Shown here in pieces: positions 46,086-54,766 of a stretch of 64,000 nt of DNA; the first letter of the stretch is position 1, and each line of letters opens with the position of its first letter. The stretch comes from Escherichia coli (GTDB lineage: Bacteria; Pseudomonadota; Gammaproteobacteria; Enterobacterales; Enterobacteriaceae), in NCBI GenBank assembly GCA_029351405.1, contig GCA_029351405.1_4841.1; one strand, 5' to 3'. Made by a program: the position numbers and the translations under genes. The notes under the pieces are model-generated. The model made no database searches. It was given only the letters and a program-made list of their open reading frames with translations, and had not been told where the DNA came from.

Positions 46086-46832
46086 TTAGTGATCCGGCCA
46101 GACTCCGTTTTGTTCTTTATCCATGCGATGATACAGACGAACACGCTCAAACATCTTTGTCAGAATGTCATCACGGTTGAACTCAATGATGGTTGGTAGA
46201 GGGGAAGACTCGTTGGCAATCACGTTGATGAGGCGGGTGATCTTGACACCGAACATCTGCTGGAACATGACCGAATATAAACACAGCTGGATACTGTAAT
46301 CCTCGATCATGCCCCGCGTCTTCATAGTGTTCGATGTCTTGAAGTCGATGACAGCAGGTTTACCCTCATAAACCCCGATAAGGTCTACACGACCTGCAAG
46401 ACCAAGCACCTCGCTATATAATGGGATCTCCTGAGCATAGATCTTTGTCATCTTGTTCAGGTAAGGGAACAGCTGCTTGAACATGAACATGTATTCGCCA
46501 GCCGCTTCCAACACTTCTTTCATTGGGCGGTTCTTTAGATACAGTTCACACGCAAGGTGCAGCTTCTCCCCTCGGTCAGCACAGCGCATGGTCTCAAGAT
46601 CAGCGGCCTCTGCGCCCAGCTTCTTCCTCCAAGACTCAAGCCATTCATGATCTCCAGTGCGTCCCAGCATAGTCGTGACGGATGTCAGTTTAACACCAGA
46701 CGGTGAAACGTAATGACGACCATTCTCCGTCGTAACACACTCCAGTTCCTTGTAAGGAAGTTCGTATTGCTGGAATGTGTAATGACGGTTTTCGAAGTCA
46801 TTCAGCTTGCGTAGATCCTGGAGAGATGCCAT
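46086..46832 (-). CDS. PD-(D/E)xK nuclease-like protein
   Basis: 248 aa; GRVDLIGVYEGKPAVIDFK motif; SD GAGGAT. Confidence 0.55.
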   Translation of the reverse strand: MASLQDLRKLNDFENRHYTFQQYELPYKELECVTTENGRHYVSPSGVKLTSVTTMLGRTGDHEWLESWRKKLGAEAADLETMRCADRGEKLHLACELYLKNRPMKEVLEAAGEYMFMFKQLFPYLNKMTKIYAQEIPLYSEVLGLAGRVDLIGVYEGKPAVIDFKTSNTMKTRGMIEDYSIQLCLYSVMFQQMFGVKITRLINVIANESSPLPTIIEFNRDDILTKMFERVRLYHRMDKEQNGVWPDH

Positions 46833-46847
46833 TATGTGTGATCCTCG

Positions 46848-47300
46848 TTATACACCATCAATATATTTTCTCCACTCAATAGCATTTTTCACTTCGTATC
46901 CCAGTTTGTTCAGGCGATCCAAACAAGTCTCTATGAACTTGACTTTTGCTTTTTGTTCTTGTAACAGAACAGACAACTCCACATAGTCATCGTCTGCTTT
47001 GACCCATGTATCCAGGTCAGACTTCAGGGGGCGAACCTTCAGGGGGCGCTCTGCGTAGATGTTAGGGGGTAACTCCCCTGCATAGTAGCGGCGCAGATAG
47101 AGATCGATCTGGCGGAAGCGTCCGTTGAGAAATTCAAGATAACGCCCCTCGCGCAGATAATGCCGCTGTACAGCCATCCAAGAGCGCCCGATTTTCAGCG
47201 AGATCTGGTCAAGGTTCATGTCTTCTGGGTCCACTGTGATCAGCGGCTCCAGTTCGTTCATGATGTCCTCGGTAGCCATTGTCTGTAGTTGTTCTTTCAT
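46848..47300 (-). CDS. uvsY: probable recombination mediator UvsY
   Basis: 150 aa; regional similarity to T4 UvsY (LRRYYAGE vs LDYYSG; C-terminal amphipathic region) and uvsW neighbourhood. Confidence 0.5.
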   Translation of the reverse strand: MKEQLQTMATEDIMNELEPLITVDPEDMNLDQISLKIGRSWMAVQRHYLREGRYLEFLNGRFRQIDLYLRRYYAGELPPNIYAERPLKVRPLKSDLDTWVKADDDYVELSVLLQEQKAKVKFIETCLDRLNKLGYEVKNAIEWRKYIDGV

Positions 47301-47330
47301 AAAATATCCCAGCTTGTCAATGTCATAGAA

Positions 47331-47843
47331 TTATACCGCATTTCGTGGATTAGAATCAATCGCCTTCCCACCAGATAGTGGAACCAGCTGTTGGAACTTG
47401 AAGGTCACTGTCGTCACCAGCTGAGGTACAGCCGCGTCTACGTCCACCAGTACGTTGTCCAAAGCAGTCGGGCGGGCTTCCTCCAGCACGAGAGTGAGGC
47501 CAATCGGTCGGTTGAGGTTATCCAGCAATTCAATGGTAATGTCCTTGCTGACAGGCAAATCCTTGCCGACGTTGCTGGTAATCCATTGGTGGATCTGTAA
47601 CCATGATTTCCAGTCCTCGTCTATAACGAAAGTAAATACGACGGGATCATAGGTTAAACGCTCTGAAGGTATAGAAACCAACACGTCACCAGGAGACGGA
47701 CCATCGATGCCTTCGGAGTACACCCCTGGTATACTGAAGTCGTGGATGTTACGGGTTAGGAGTACAAGGTCTCCGATAGTCAGACGCCACTTATCGGACG
47801 CCGCGAAATTAGGGTTTTCGTTCTTAAATTGTACGTTGGACAT
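47331..47843 (-). CDS. hypothetical protein
   Basis: 171 aa from the ATG at 47843 with SD AAAGGTG; the ORF-track extension to 48146 would overlap the divergent plus-strand gene. Confidence 0.5.
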   Translation of the reverse strand: MSNVQFKNENPNFAASDKWRLTIGDLVLLTRNIHDFSIPGVYSEGIDGPSPGDVLVSIPSERLTYDPVVFTFVIDEDWKSWLQIHQWITSNVGKDLPVSKDITIELLDNLNRPIGLTLVLEEARPTALDNVLVDVDAAVPQLVTTVTFKFQQLVPLSGGKAIDSNPRNAV

Positions 47844-47880
47844 AATAGCACCTTTACTGTGGAGATATTTTGTGACCCTG

Positions 47881-48522
47881 ATGCGCGGGATCAGTAGATT
47901 GTTGTTGGCATGCTCGATGCTCTTGTTTACGAGCTGTCGCATCTTTGTCACGCCAATAATTTCTGTTTCCGAACTCTGGAACCCAGAAGTGCGCACTGTA
48001 CCTGTGACGTTGTCGGCCAGCGTTCCCACTTGTAACAAGGGTATGCTGGACATCATCGTGCAAGAGTTCCAGCCCTTCCAGAAGCTCGTACCTTTAGGTT
48101 GCTTTGATGAGAACACGAGCACCCTCAAGCCATACTGGAAGACCACAATTCCTCTCCTGCGGCGTGGCGATGAAGGGAAGATTCCATACCTATCAGCAAG
48201 TATTTATTACTCTCAGAACAACAGCATCATTATCACCTTTAATCCATCATTCCATGCCAAGCTGAAGCAACACATAGTTGGGCGACTGGATACAACATCA
48301 GATATAATCGTGACGTTCAAGATCATGAATGACTCAGATAAACCAGTACGAATCGCAACTCAGGGTGTGTTCGTTAACAACGACGCGGTTGGAAATGGGA
48401 TGAGTATCTTTGAAGTTAACCCAGGGGGAACGATCTTGATCAGACTGAGTAATGTGGGTGTGAACTCCCTGCTGTTGGATGGCATCGAACCAGTGGGAGT
48501 TCTTCCGGCGCGGGAGCACTGA
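47881..48522 (+). CDS. putative lipoprotein (plus strand)
   Basis: MRGISRLLLACSMLLFTSC signal/lipobox-like N-terminus; a GTG at 47872 with GGAG 7 nt upstream is an alternative start. Confidence 0.5.
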   Translation: MRGISRLLLACSMLLFTSCRIFVTPIISVSELWNPEVRTVPVTLSASVPTCNKGMLDIIVQEFQPFQKLVPLGCFDENTSTLKPYWKTTIPLLRRGDEGKIPYLSASIYYSQNNSIIITFNPSFHAKLKQHIVGRLDTTSDIIVTFKIMNDSDKPVRIATQGVFVNNDAVGNGMSIFEVNPGGTILIRLSNVGVNSLLLDGIEPVGVLPAREH

Positions 48523-49251
48523 TTACTTCAGCGCGTTCTTCAGATTATCGGAACCGATGCTGTTGATGACACCTCCGGCGCAGATATCTTTCGCCCACTC
48601 TGAGATCACGTTGGCGAAAGAGAAGTTAAGACACTTACCAACCATGTCTTGGATATGGGCTAACTCTGCTGCAATACCGTTCGTGATGTCCTGAGCAATA
48701 GAGGCTACTGATGCGACAGCAGTGTCGATGGCCTGAGTAACTTCAGCGGCCAGTGCCTGAATAGCATCAAGACCAGCACTGACACCCTGAGCTACCAACT
48801 CAGCCAGCTCATTCATCTTGTTTGTGATAGTTGTGAGAACACTTTGCATTGTGTTGATCCACTGTTTGCCGAGGTTCTGAATAACCCCAAATGCATTATT
48901 GATCAGATCACAGTTGTTCGGTTCTCGACCTATAGACTTCAGGGCGGACTTATACGACACAGATGTACCGATGCGGGAATATGCCTCGTTCACTGACTGG
49001 TAGCCATAGTTGTTCAAAGTAGTGATGCTGTCGTTGGCTGAGTTGAACATTGCTGTAGATTCGTTGAGTTTGGCTGTAGTCAACCCACCTGCCGTCAGCG
49101 CTTCCTGAATCTGCGTATTTCCGGTGTTAGCCAGTGACGCTGTAGTCGCCTTACCACTGGTGATTAACCCCTGTGAGGCGCTGCTGAGGGACGGGAGAGG
49201 ATTGGTAAAGGCGTTGCCCTGCGATAGGGCGTCATAGATCTGTGCGTTCAT
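48523..49251 (-). CDS. hypothetical late protein
   Basis: 242 aa, Ser/Thr/Ala/Asn-rich; no SD outside the upstream hairpin; CTAAATA box upstream. Confidence 0.6.
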   Translation of the reverse strand: MNAQIYDALSQGNAFTNPLPSLSSASQGLITSGKATTASLANTGNTQIQEALTAGGLTTAKLNESTAMFNSANDSITTLNNYGYQSVNEAYSRIGTSVSYKSALKSIGREPNNCDLINNAFGVIQNLGKQWINTMQSVLTTITNKMNELAELVAQGVSAGLDAIQALAAEVTQAIDTAVASVASIAQDITNGIAAELAHIQDMVGKCLNFSFANVISEWAKDICAGGVINSIGSDNLKNALK

Positions 49252-49260
49252 AAGAAAATA

Positions 49261-49279
49261 CCCCCATGGATGATGGGGG
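49261..49279 (-). promoter_or_regulatory. stem-loop that sequesters the probable SD of the 48523-49251 gene
   Basis: 7-bp stem cccccat / atggggg; the G-run is the only SD-like sequence, 9 nt from the ATG. Confidence 0.4.
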
Positions 49280-49280
49280 G

Positions 49281-49287
49281 TATTTAG
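49281..49287 (-). promoter_or_regulatory. candidate late promoter box CTAAATA
   Basis: Heptamer immediately 5' of the hairpin, 30 nt upstream of the ATG. Confidence 0.4.
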
Positions 49288-49290
49288 GGA

Positions 49291-49461
49291 TCATGGTAGT
49301 TTGTAAACGAAGTTGGACCAGAACTTACGAACAAACTTCTTGACATAAACCATTCGGTTGGCGTATTCCCCATCCTTCAGGTCATTGTAGGTCTCGATCC
49401 CTACCGCGCCCAAGAAGTACGCCGTGAAGATATAGCAGAACAGATTGATGACGACAAACAT
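49291..49461 (-). CDS. small membrane protein (56 aa), not in the ORF track
   Basis: ATG with SD GGAGATACATC; hydrophobic N-terminus MFVVINLFCYIFTAYFLGAV; translated by hand. Confidence 0.45.
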   Translation of the reverse strand: MFVVINLFCYIFTAYFLGAVGIETYNDLKDGEYANRMVYVKKFVRKFWSNFVYKLP

Positions 49462-49502
49462 GATGTATCTCCGCTGTGTGTACTCAAATTATTTATGATA
49501 TG

Positions 49503-49925
49503 TTACAAAAGACGCTTGGTCTTCGGCTTACCCATTAGAGTGATATCCACAGGGAGGCCAGCTTTCTTGCAACGGTTGATCATGTCCAGGGTGCCAGTGG
49601 ACGAACCATCCCACATCGCAATCGGATACACTTCCAGCTTGGTCTGCCTGACGAGATCCAATGCCTTGTCTAACATGTCCTGATTGCGTTTGTTGCCCAT
49701 CCCTTTCCCATACTTTTCATAATAGCTCGGAGGTATTGGCATAGGAGTGATATGAACATAATTGATTTCAGCCCAATCACGGCAAATCGTGTCGACACCC
49801 GTGGCCTCACCCTCAATCAGTGTATAGACCTCACGAGGATCCAAGAGTTCGTCCAGCTTGGCGAATACCTTATCCCGCTCGGTGATTGAGCGGGAACCCG
49901 TAATGAGAACGATATACTTCTTCAT
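49503..49925 (-). CDS. hypothetical protein, possibly SLOG/YspA-like fold
   Basis: 140 aa from the ATG at 49925; KKYIVLITGSRS N-terminus. Confidence 0.5.
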   Translation of the reverse strand: MKKYIVLITGSRSITERDKVFAKLDELLDPREVYTLIEGEATGVDTICRDWAEINYVHITPMPIPPSYYEKYGKGMGNKRNQDMLDKALDLVRQTKLEVYPIAMWDGSSTGTLDMINRCKKAGLPVDITLMGKPKTKRLL

Positions 49926-49929
49926 AGAA

Positions 49930-50250
49930 TCACAGCGCCCCAAGATTGCCGATTACGTACAGGGAGCACAGAGGAGTGCCTGACGAACGAGGTTCGATCG
50001 TCATCCCGCTCAGGCGGATCAGTTCCAGTAAGCCGTCAGTGGTCTGATACGCGCGTGTCGAACCGTTCGGTCGATATAGCTCCAGCTCAGTTCGCCCTTC
50101 CTTTATTGCATTGCGAATGCGAGTGAACACGCTGTGGTCGCCGAATTTCTGTTTCAGAATATCCAGTTTGGTGGTCAGGCGGCGACGCGATTTGCGCGCA
50201 CGAGGGTTCTCTTTTACGACCGCTTCTAAAATCGGGATGCTGTTAGTCAT
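49930..50250 (-). CDS. hypothetical protein
   Basis: 106 aa; SD AGAGGAC. Confidence 0.55.
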   Translation of the reverse strand: MTNSIPILEAVVKENPRARKSRRRLTTKLDILKQKFGDHSVFTRIRNAIKEGRTELELYRPNGSTRAYQTTDGLLELIRLSGMTIEPRSSGTPLCSLYVIGNLGAL

Positions 50251-50277
50251 GATAAAGTCCTCTATTTGTAGGGGATA

Positions 50278-50298
50278 GGGTATGCGGTTAACATACCC
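50278..50298 (-). repeat. leader stem-loop (gggtatg / cataccc), family member
   Basis: 7-bp stem inside the 200-bp intergenic region. Confidence 0.35.
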
Positions 50299-50398
50299 TG
50301 TTCAAAGGTTTAGAACAAATTGCTGCAATGTTACTTTGTAACGAGAGTGGTGATAGTTCCTTCATTTCAGAGTCAGTGTTGTGCTGCTTATGGAATGA

Positions 50399-50426
50399 AG
50401 TATATGGGGTTTATTGAAGAAGTAAA
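50399..50426 (-). promoter_or_regulatory. orphan PeSL-type early promoter (TTTACT-16-TATACT) whose downstream start codon is lost
   Basis: Promoter and leader nearly identical to the 16126 cassette, but the leader reads GGAACTATCACCAC instead of GGAACTATATCATG. Confidence 0.4.
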
Positions 50427-50451
50427 CCCCGTTTATTGAATAAATTTAAAT

Positions 50452-50688
50452 TTATTTGAAGCGATCAGGAAGGGTGTCGTGAACCTCGGCGCTCAGCACC
50501 AGAAACTTACCATCCGTCGTTGGGAAGCAATAGTCTTTCTTGATGTGACGCAAGTGTTCAGCTACAGCTGCCACGCAGTCATCTGTCACGTCGGTCTTCT
50601 CACCAACCCACATGCTGGTTTTAGTGTTCAACCTGCCCTGGAATATAGTACCAGTGAGAGGACTTGTGCCGATCTTTTTGATAATCAT
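50452..50688 (-). CDS. hypothetical protein
   Basis: 78 aa; SD TGAGGT. Confidence 0.55.
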   Translation of the reverse strand: MIIKKIGTSPLTGTIFQGRLNTKTSMWVGEKTDVTDDCVAAVAEHLRHIKKDYCFPTTDGKFLVLSAEVHDTLPDRFK

Positions 50689-50696
50689 GTTTGACC

Positions 50697-51140
50697 TCAG
50701 TTGTTAATGCGGAACAGTTGTGGATAACCACCTGGATGCCCTTCTCCGGTCACGAAGACCTCGTACCGGGCACCTTTAACCAAACCGGGCAAATTGCCTG
50801 AGTCGAGCAGATAGCGGATTTTATCCATAGTGTCCATCCAGGACTTAGCAGGTTCAGCTTCAGCCTCTCCACGATTGAGGACGAGTTCACCTTCAGAATA
50901 ATACTTCCCGCTGTCCTTCATGTAGTACAGCTTGATATGGATATACTGAGGGGATGGGACCAAACGCCAGCCGTCATCAATCAGATCCTGGCGATCATTA
51001 TCCAGGGACTGGTAATCGATCTCACCAGACGCCAGACCATAGCTGCGCATGTAGCGGAACTTCTCAACACGGTCTTTCACGTCAGAGATGAAGAACTCCT
51101 TCGCGGCTGGACTGATAAAAATGTATTTCTCTTTTGACAT
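50697..51140 (-). CDS. hypothetical early protein
   Basis: 147 aa; conserved leader TTTGAAAGGAAGGAACTATATC-ATG overlapping the upstream stop. Confidence 0.6.
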   Translation of the reverse strand: MSKEKYIFISPAAKEFFISDVKDRVEKFRYMRSYGLASGEIDYQSLDNDRQDLIDDGWRLVPSPQYIHIKLYYMKDSGKYYSEGELVLNRGEAEAEPAKSWMDTMDKIRYLLDSGNLPGLVKGARYEVFVTGEGHPGGYPQLFRINN

Positions 51141-51157
51141 GATATAGTTCCTTCCTT

Positions 51158-51382
51158 TCAAAGAATGATGTGTTTGTCGATATCGGACTGCGTTGCAATC
51201 TCCCAGCGGACGATGTTCTCGGTTGTGATGAAATCACGGTTCAGGTGAGAGGCTGGCACATACACCAATGTGTTGACCATGAAGTAGCGCTGCTCATTGT
51301 TCCAGGAGTCAACATAAGCCTCAATAAGGCACACTTCGATCACTTCGCCTTTCGGATTCTTCACAGTCTTTTTCAGATACAT
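51158..51382 (-). CDS. hypothetical protein (start uncertain)
   Basis: ATG at 51382 with SD GAGGG preferred; the ORF-track start at 51469 overlaps the upstream gene. Confidence 0.45.
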   Translation of the reverse strand: MYLKKTVKNPKGEVIEVCLIEAYVDSWNNEQRYFMVNTLVYVPASHLNRDFITTENIVRWEIATQSDIDKHIIL

Positions 51383-51441
51383 GACACAGCCCTCGGTAGT
51401 AGACGGGGCAATAATACCTCTCACCCCGTTATTGAAAACTG

Positions 51442-51642
51442 TTATCCTTCTTGTTCTTCCCAACCCCATTCATCTTCCCAAGACTGGCGAGGGGTCTTGC
51501 CCGCTTCGTAATCATCACGCCAGGCGTCGGCGTCGGCGGCTGAACCGCCCTGGCTTTTCGCGACTTTGCACAATACGTCGTGCCACTCACGGAAAGTGGA
51601 GTTGGCGACTGTGGTGTTTACAGAATCTTCTTTCAGGCTCAT
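51442..51642 (-). CDS. small acidic protein
   Basis: 66 aa from the ATG at 51642 with SD GAGGAAA; Trp/Glu-rich C-terminus. Confidence 0.5.
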   Translation of the reverse strand: MSLKEDSVNTTVANSTFREWHDVLCKVAKSQGGSAADADAWRDDYEAGKTPRQSWEDEWGWEEQEG

Positions 51643-51664
51643 TGTGATTTCCTCGATTAATAGA

Positions 51665-51682
51665 GAGGGTAATAATACCCTC
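51665..51682 (-). repeat. leader stem-loop (gagggta-ataa-taccctc), family member
   Basis: 7-bp stem upstream of the 51642 RBS. Confidence 0.35.
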
Positions 51683-51701
51683 ATGCAATCTTTGAAACTC
51701 T

Positions 51702-52034
51702 TTATCCAGCCAAAGTCATATTCTGGGAACCAACCCCATCTTCACATTCTGGATGACATGAAGTGCCCAGTTTTTCATGGATCACATCCAGATGGGTAAA
51801 GATAGCGTCGATGATATCGTCTTGGTCAGACTGGACGTCAATCACCAAGCCGACCAGACCAGGCGCGGCCATTTCTTTATCTTCACCTTTCTGAGCGGTT
51901 GGGTAATCACCGTCGAGTTGGATACGGATGTTTCTGATATTAGTAAGGAGGTTGCACAAACGCTCTTTATGAGAACGAGCATTGACCAAGATTTGGGACA
52001 CGGATTGTGTTGGTGATACGAGGTTGCTTGACAT
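51702..52034 (-). CDS. hypothetical protein
   Basis: 110 aa; SD ACAGGAG lies in the 3' arm of an 11-bp inverted repeat. Confidence 0.55.
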   Translation of the reverse strand: MSSNLVSPTQSVSQILVNARSHKERLCNLLTNIRNIRIQLDGDYPTAQKGEDKEMAAPGLVGLVIDVQSDQDDIIDAIFTHLDVIHEKLGTSCHPECEDGVGSQNMTLAG

Positions 52035-52044
52035 GATTTATACT

Positions 52045-52080
52045 CCTGTTGTATGGTTGACCGTACAAGCATACAACAGG
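52045..52080 (-). repeat. perfect 11-bp inverted repeat (cctgttgtatg / catacaacagg), 14-nt loop, overlapping the SD of the 51702-52034 gene
   Basis: Arms at 52045-52055 and 52070-52080; no U-tract, so not a simple terminator. Confidence 0.6.
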
Positions 52081-52126
52081 CAGGTGTATTGAACAACGCG
52101 GGTATTAAATCGACACGATAAAGGAA

Positions 52127-52354
52127 TTAACTCGGAATGTGTCTAGCGATCTTCTTGTTGATGTCGTCTAGCAGAATATTCATCGTATCTTTGCAGACCT
52201 CTACAGCCAATATCGATTTGGAATTCATGAATGAGCTGAAGATACCAGATTTCAAACGCCTCAACTCCTTTTCCGCTTCTTCAATCTGTCCCATGATGTA
52301 TTTCTTCGCGCCCTGTAGCTCTATAGCACGGATGTCTATTTCTTTATCGTTCAT
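52127..52354 (-). CDS. hypothetical protein
   Basis: 75 aa from the ATG at 52354 with SD GGAGGT. Confidence 0.5.
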   Translation of the reverse strand: MNDKEIDIRAIELQGAKKYIMGQIEEAEKELRRLKSGIFSSFMNSKSILAVEVCKDTMNILLDDINKKIARHIPS

Positions 52355-52404
52355 GATGACCTCCAATTAGTTTGGCACATCATATAGCGAATCCACATAA
52401 TGAA

Positions 52405-52427
52405 AAACCCCGCCGAAGCGGGGTTTT
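52405..52427 (-). terminator. rho-independent terminator after gp23 (ccccgc-cgaa-gcgggg + U-tract)
   Basis: 6-bp GC stem with flanking A/U extension and UUUUU; the same 22-mer occurs after gp18. Confidence 0.7.
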
Positions 52428-52446
52428 GTAGGACCAGCCTGTTAGA

Positions 52447-53778
52447 TTAGAACAAGCCTTTGATCAGCCCTTTACGGAAGTACACGTTGCTGTCCTGGGC
52501 GATACCGTCCGCAGTCACATAGACCTGTGGATCCTGGTTCGCTGGGATCTGAACGAATGGGTTAGCACAAATCCCGTAGCGGGTCTTGAACGCCATACGT
52601 GGCGCGAAGGTGGTTTCACCCTGGGTGCGGTACATTTCCAGCGGCACATACGGCGCGAAGAAGATACCAGCATCCAGCGCGGTCGCGCCTTTGTATGCCA
52701 GGGTGATGTACTCTGCTACTGCATACGGGTCGATGTAAACGCGCATGCCGTTAGACAGAACACCAGCGAAGGTCTGACCAGTTGGGTCAATCGCCAGCTT
52801 GGTGTTTTCCTGCAGCGCCGGAGCATAATCCAGCATGCCGGACATCGCCAGAGCGGATGCTACGTTCGGAGAGCACAGAACACGGTTGCCTTTACCACGA
52901 CGGGTGTCAACACCGATGCCGTTCGCTTCAACTTCCAGCATGAAAGTCATGTACTTCCATTTTTCCAGCGCCCAACGACCGGAGATGTCAGTGGAGATGT
53001 CTACGATACCGTTGGTGCCGAATTTTTTGAAGCGTACTGCGCTGAAGTTCATGGTGCGGATAAACTCACGGTTCATCTCTGCCTGAATTTCAGTTACCAT
53101 CACGTCGGACAGGATGCTGTCAACGTCTTCGCCGTGGATCGCCATCATGTCCTGGCGCAGTTCGTGGCTGTAGTCAGCGTACAGGCCGCGAGACTTCGCA
53201 GTCACGGTTGCTTTCTGAACGGTGATACCGACACGTGCCCATGGGTTGGTGGTGGTGCCCAGCAGTTCAGCGTCGGTAGATGGCATGCCTTTACCGATGG
53301 TGGTGGTAGCAGCGCCGGAACCTTCGATCTCAGTCTGGGTAAAGCCAGATGGGTCGCCAGCCTGAGCAGTGCCGTCACCAGAATAGCCAGAATCAGCTTC
53401 CTGCATGAACAGTTCTTTACGGGACTGTGCAGTGTTGGAACCGTCTGCAACACCTTGGCGAGCACGCAGTGCGAAGATCTGACCGTCAGGACCAGACAGC
53501 GGCTGAACGCCGAAGAAGTCCATCGCGATGTTGACCGGAGCCAGACGTTTGGCCATGTCGATCAGGACTGGCTGCCATTTGCCCACAGAGGCGTTCACGG
53601 AGCCAGGAGCGTCGGATTCGCCCAGGTTTTTGGCGTTCCACTCAGCCTGGTTTTGCAGCAGACGGACGGCAACGTTTTCGGCAGAAAGCGGCTGGATGCT
53701 TTCAGATTCTTTCTGAAGAACCGGCAGCCACTGCTCGCGCATTTGTTCGGTAACAAGTTTCTTAGCCATGATGGTCAT
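52447..53778 (-). CDS. gp23: major capsid protein, T4 gp23-like
   Basis: 443 aa; MTI N-terminus; NIAMDFFGVQPLSGPDGQIFALRA aligns with T4 gp23. Confidence 0.95.
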   Translation of the reverse strand: MTIMAKKLVTEQMREQWLPVLQKESESIQPLSAENVAVRLLQNQAEWNAKNLGESDAPGSVNASVGKWQPVLIDMAKRLAPVNIAMDFFGVQPLSGPDGQIFALRARQGVADGSNTAQSRKELFMQEADSGYSGDGTAQAGDPSGFTQTEIEGSGAATTTIGKGMPSTDAELLGTTTNPWARVGITVQKATVTAKSRGLYADYSHELRQDMMAIHGEDVDSILSDVMVTEIQAEMNREFIRTMNFSAVRFKKFGTNGIVDISTDISGRWALEKWKYMTFMLEVEANGIGVDTRRGKGNRVLCSPNVASALAMSGMLDYAPALQENTKLAIDPTGQTFAGVLSNGMRVYIDPYAVAEYITLAYKGATALDAGIFFAPYVPLEMYRTQGETTFAPRMAFKTRYGICANPFVQIPANQDPQVYVTADGIAQDSNVYFRKGLIKGLF

Positions 53779-53827
53779 TCCTTACATTGATATTCAGTTA
53801 AGTTGAAATTACTTAGTAGTTCAAAAT

Positions 53828-53850
53828 CAAGCCCCCTTTCGAGGGCTGTG
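53828..53850 (-). terminator. stem-loop with GAAA loop after gp22
   Basis: GCCCUC-GAAA-GGGGGC (one G-U pair) followed by UUGAUUUUG on the minus strand. Confidence 0.4.
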
Positions 53851-53860
53851 GCTGCTAAAA

Positions 53861-54715
53861 TTAGCCGTTGATGCCGAAGCGACGATTATAGTCGGCCAAC
53901 TGACGCTTGATAGATTCTTTCAGCTCTTTGTCTGTTTCGTCTTCATCGTCATTGTCATCGCCTTCTTTCTTAGGCTTTTTGCCTTCTTCGACTTTACCAT
54001 CTTTGTTGTCGTCATCGCCGTCTTTACCGCCGACTTTGTCCTGGAAGTCATCGTCATCGTCATCACCTTCTTTCTTCACGGACTTACCTTCTACCAGGTT
54101 GCGGAAGGTGTGTACGCGGGAAGCGAATTCGCTTTCGGTGGTGAACTGCACAGCTTCCAGCAGATTGACAACCGTTGCTTTCTTGGTGTCGACCATACCT
54201 TCACAGACACGGGCGATCACAGAGTCACGCAGAGTCGCATTCGCGGCTTCTTTGATTTGACGGTTTTCGCTTTCGGCAATCGCAGCACGTCGTTCTGCTT
54301 CGGTCAGGCGGGCAGTCAGCGCAGCGATCTGGCCGTTTTCGTCGGTGGCAAAGTTAATACCAGCTTCTTTCAGAACACCAGTCAGGCCAGTCAGCAGATT
54401 TTCAGCCGCTTCACGTTTGATCTGAGCATCGATTGCAGGAGCGTTCTTGTTAGCCCACTCTTCTACAACCGCGTTCAGGAAGCCATCGACTTTGGTCGCG
54501 ATTTCCATCAAGTGAGACTCTTTCAGCTGAGCAATCTCAGCCTGATGAGCTTCAACCAGACGCAGGCGCTCAATGTTGGCAGCGTTTTCGGTTTCTTGAA
54601 TAGCGGTCAGGCGAGCGGCTTCTACTTTAGATTCCAGCAGACCAGATACTTTATCCAGGAAGTCGGTGCTGAGGCCGTTAACACCCTCAAACAGTTTTTG
54701 CAATTCAGGTTTCAT
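53861..54715 (-). CDS. gp22: prohead scaffold/core protein, T4 gp22-like
   Basis: 284 aa, alpha-helical, highly acidic C-terminus; position between gp21 and gp23. Confidence 0.8.
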   Translation of the reverse strand: MKPELQKLFEGVNGLSTDFLDKVSGLLESKVEAARLTAIQETENAANIERLRLVEAHQAEIAQLKESHLMEIATKVDGFLNAVVEEWANKNAPAIDAQIKREAAENLLTGLTGVLKEAGINFATDENGQIAALTARLTEAERRAAIAESENRQIKEAANATLRDSVIARVCEGMVDTKKATVVNLLEAVQFTTESEFASRVHTFRNLVEGKSVKKEGDDDDDDFQDKVGGKDGDDDNKDGKVEEGKKPKKEGDDNDDEDETDKELKESIKRQLADYNRRFGING

Positions 54716-54742
54716 GATTGTTTCCTTCTGAACGATTTTCAG

Positions 54743-54749
54743 TATTTAG
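54743..54749 (-). promoter_or_regulatory. late promoter box CTAAATA upstream of gp22
   Basis: tcaCTAAATAc 28 nt upstream of the ATG, then SD AGAAGGAAA. Confidence 0.5.
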
Positions 54750-54752
54750 TGA

Positions 54753-54766
54753 GGCTGAATTCAGCC
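54753..54766 (-). terminator. palindromic stem-loop (ggctgaattcagcc) at the gp21 stop
   Basis: 14-bp palindrome directly 5' of the late promoter box. Confidence 0.35.

Noticed and set aside
47707-48522. Full-length 271-aa plus-strand ORF overlapping the 47331-48146 minus-strand ORF.
   Set aside because: The two cannot both be full length. The minus-strand gene has a good RBS at 47843 and the plus-strand product has a signal/lipobox N-terminus from 47881, so both were shortened to non-overlapping divergent genes.
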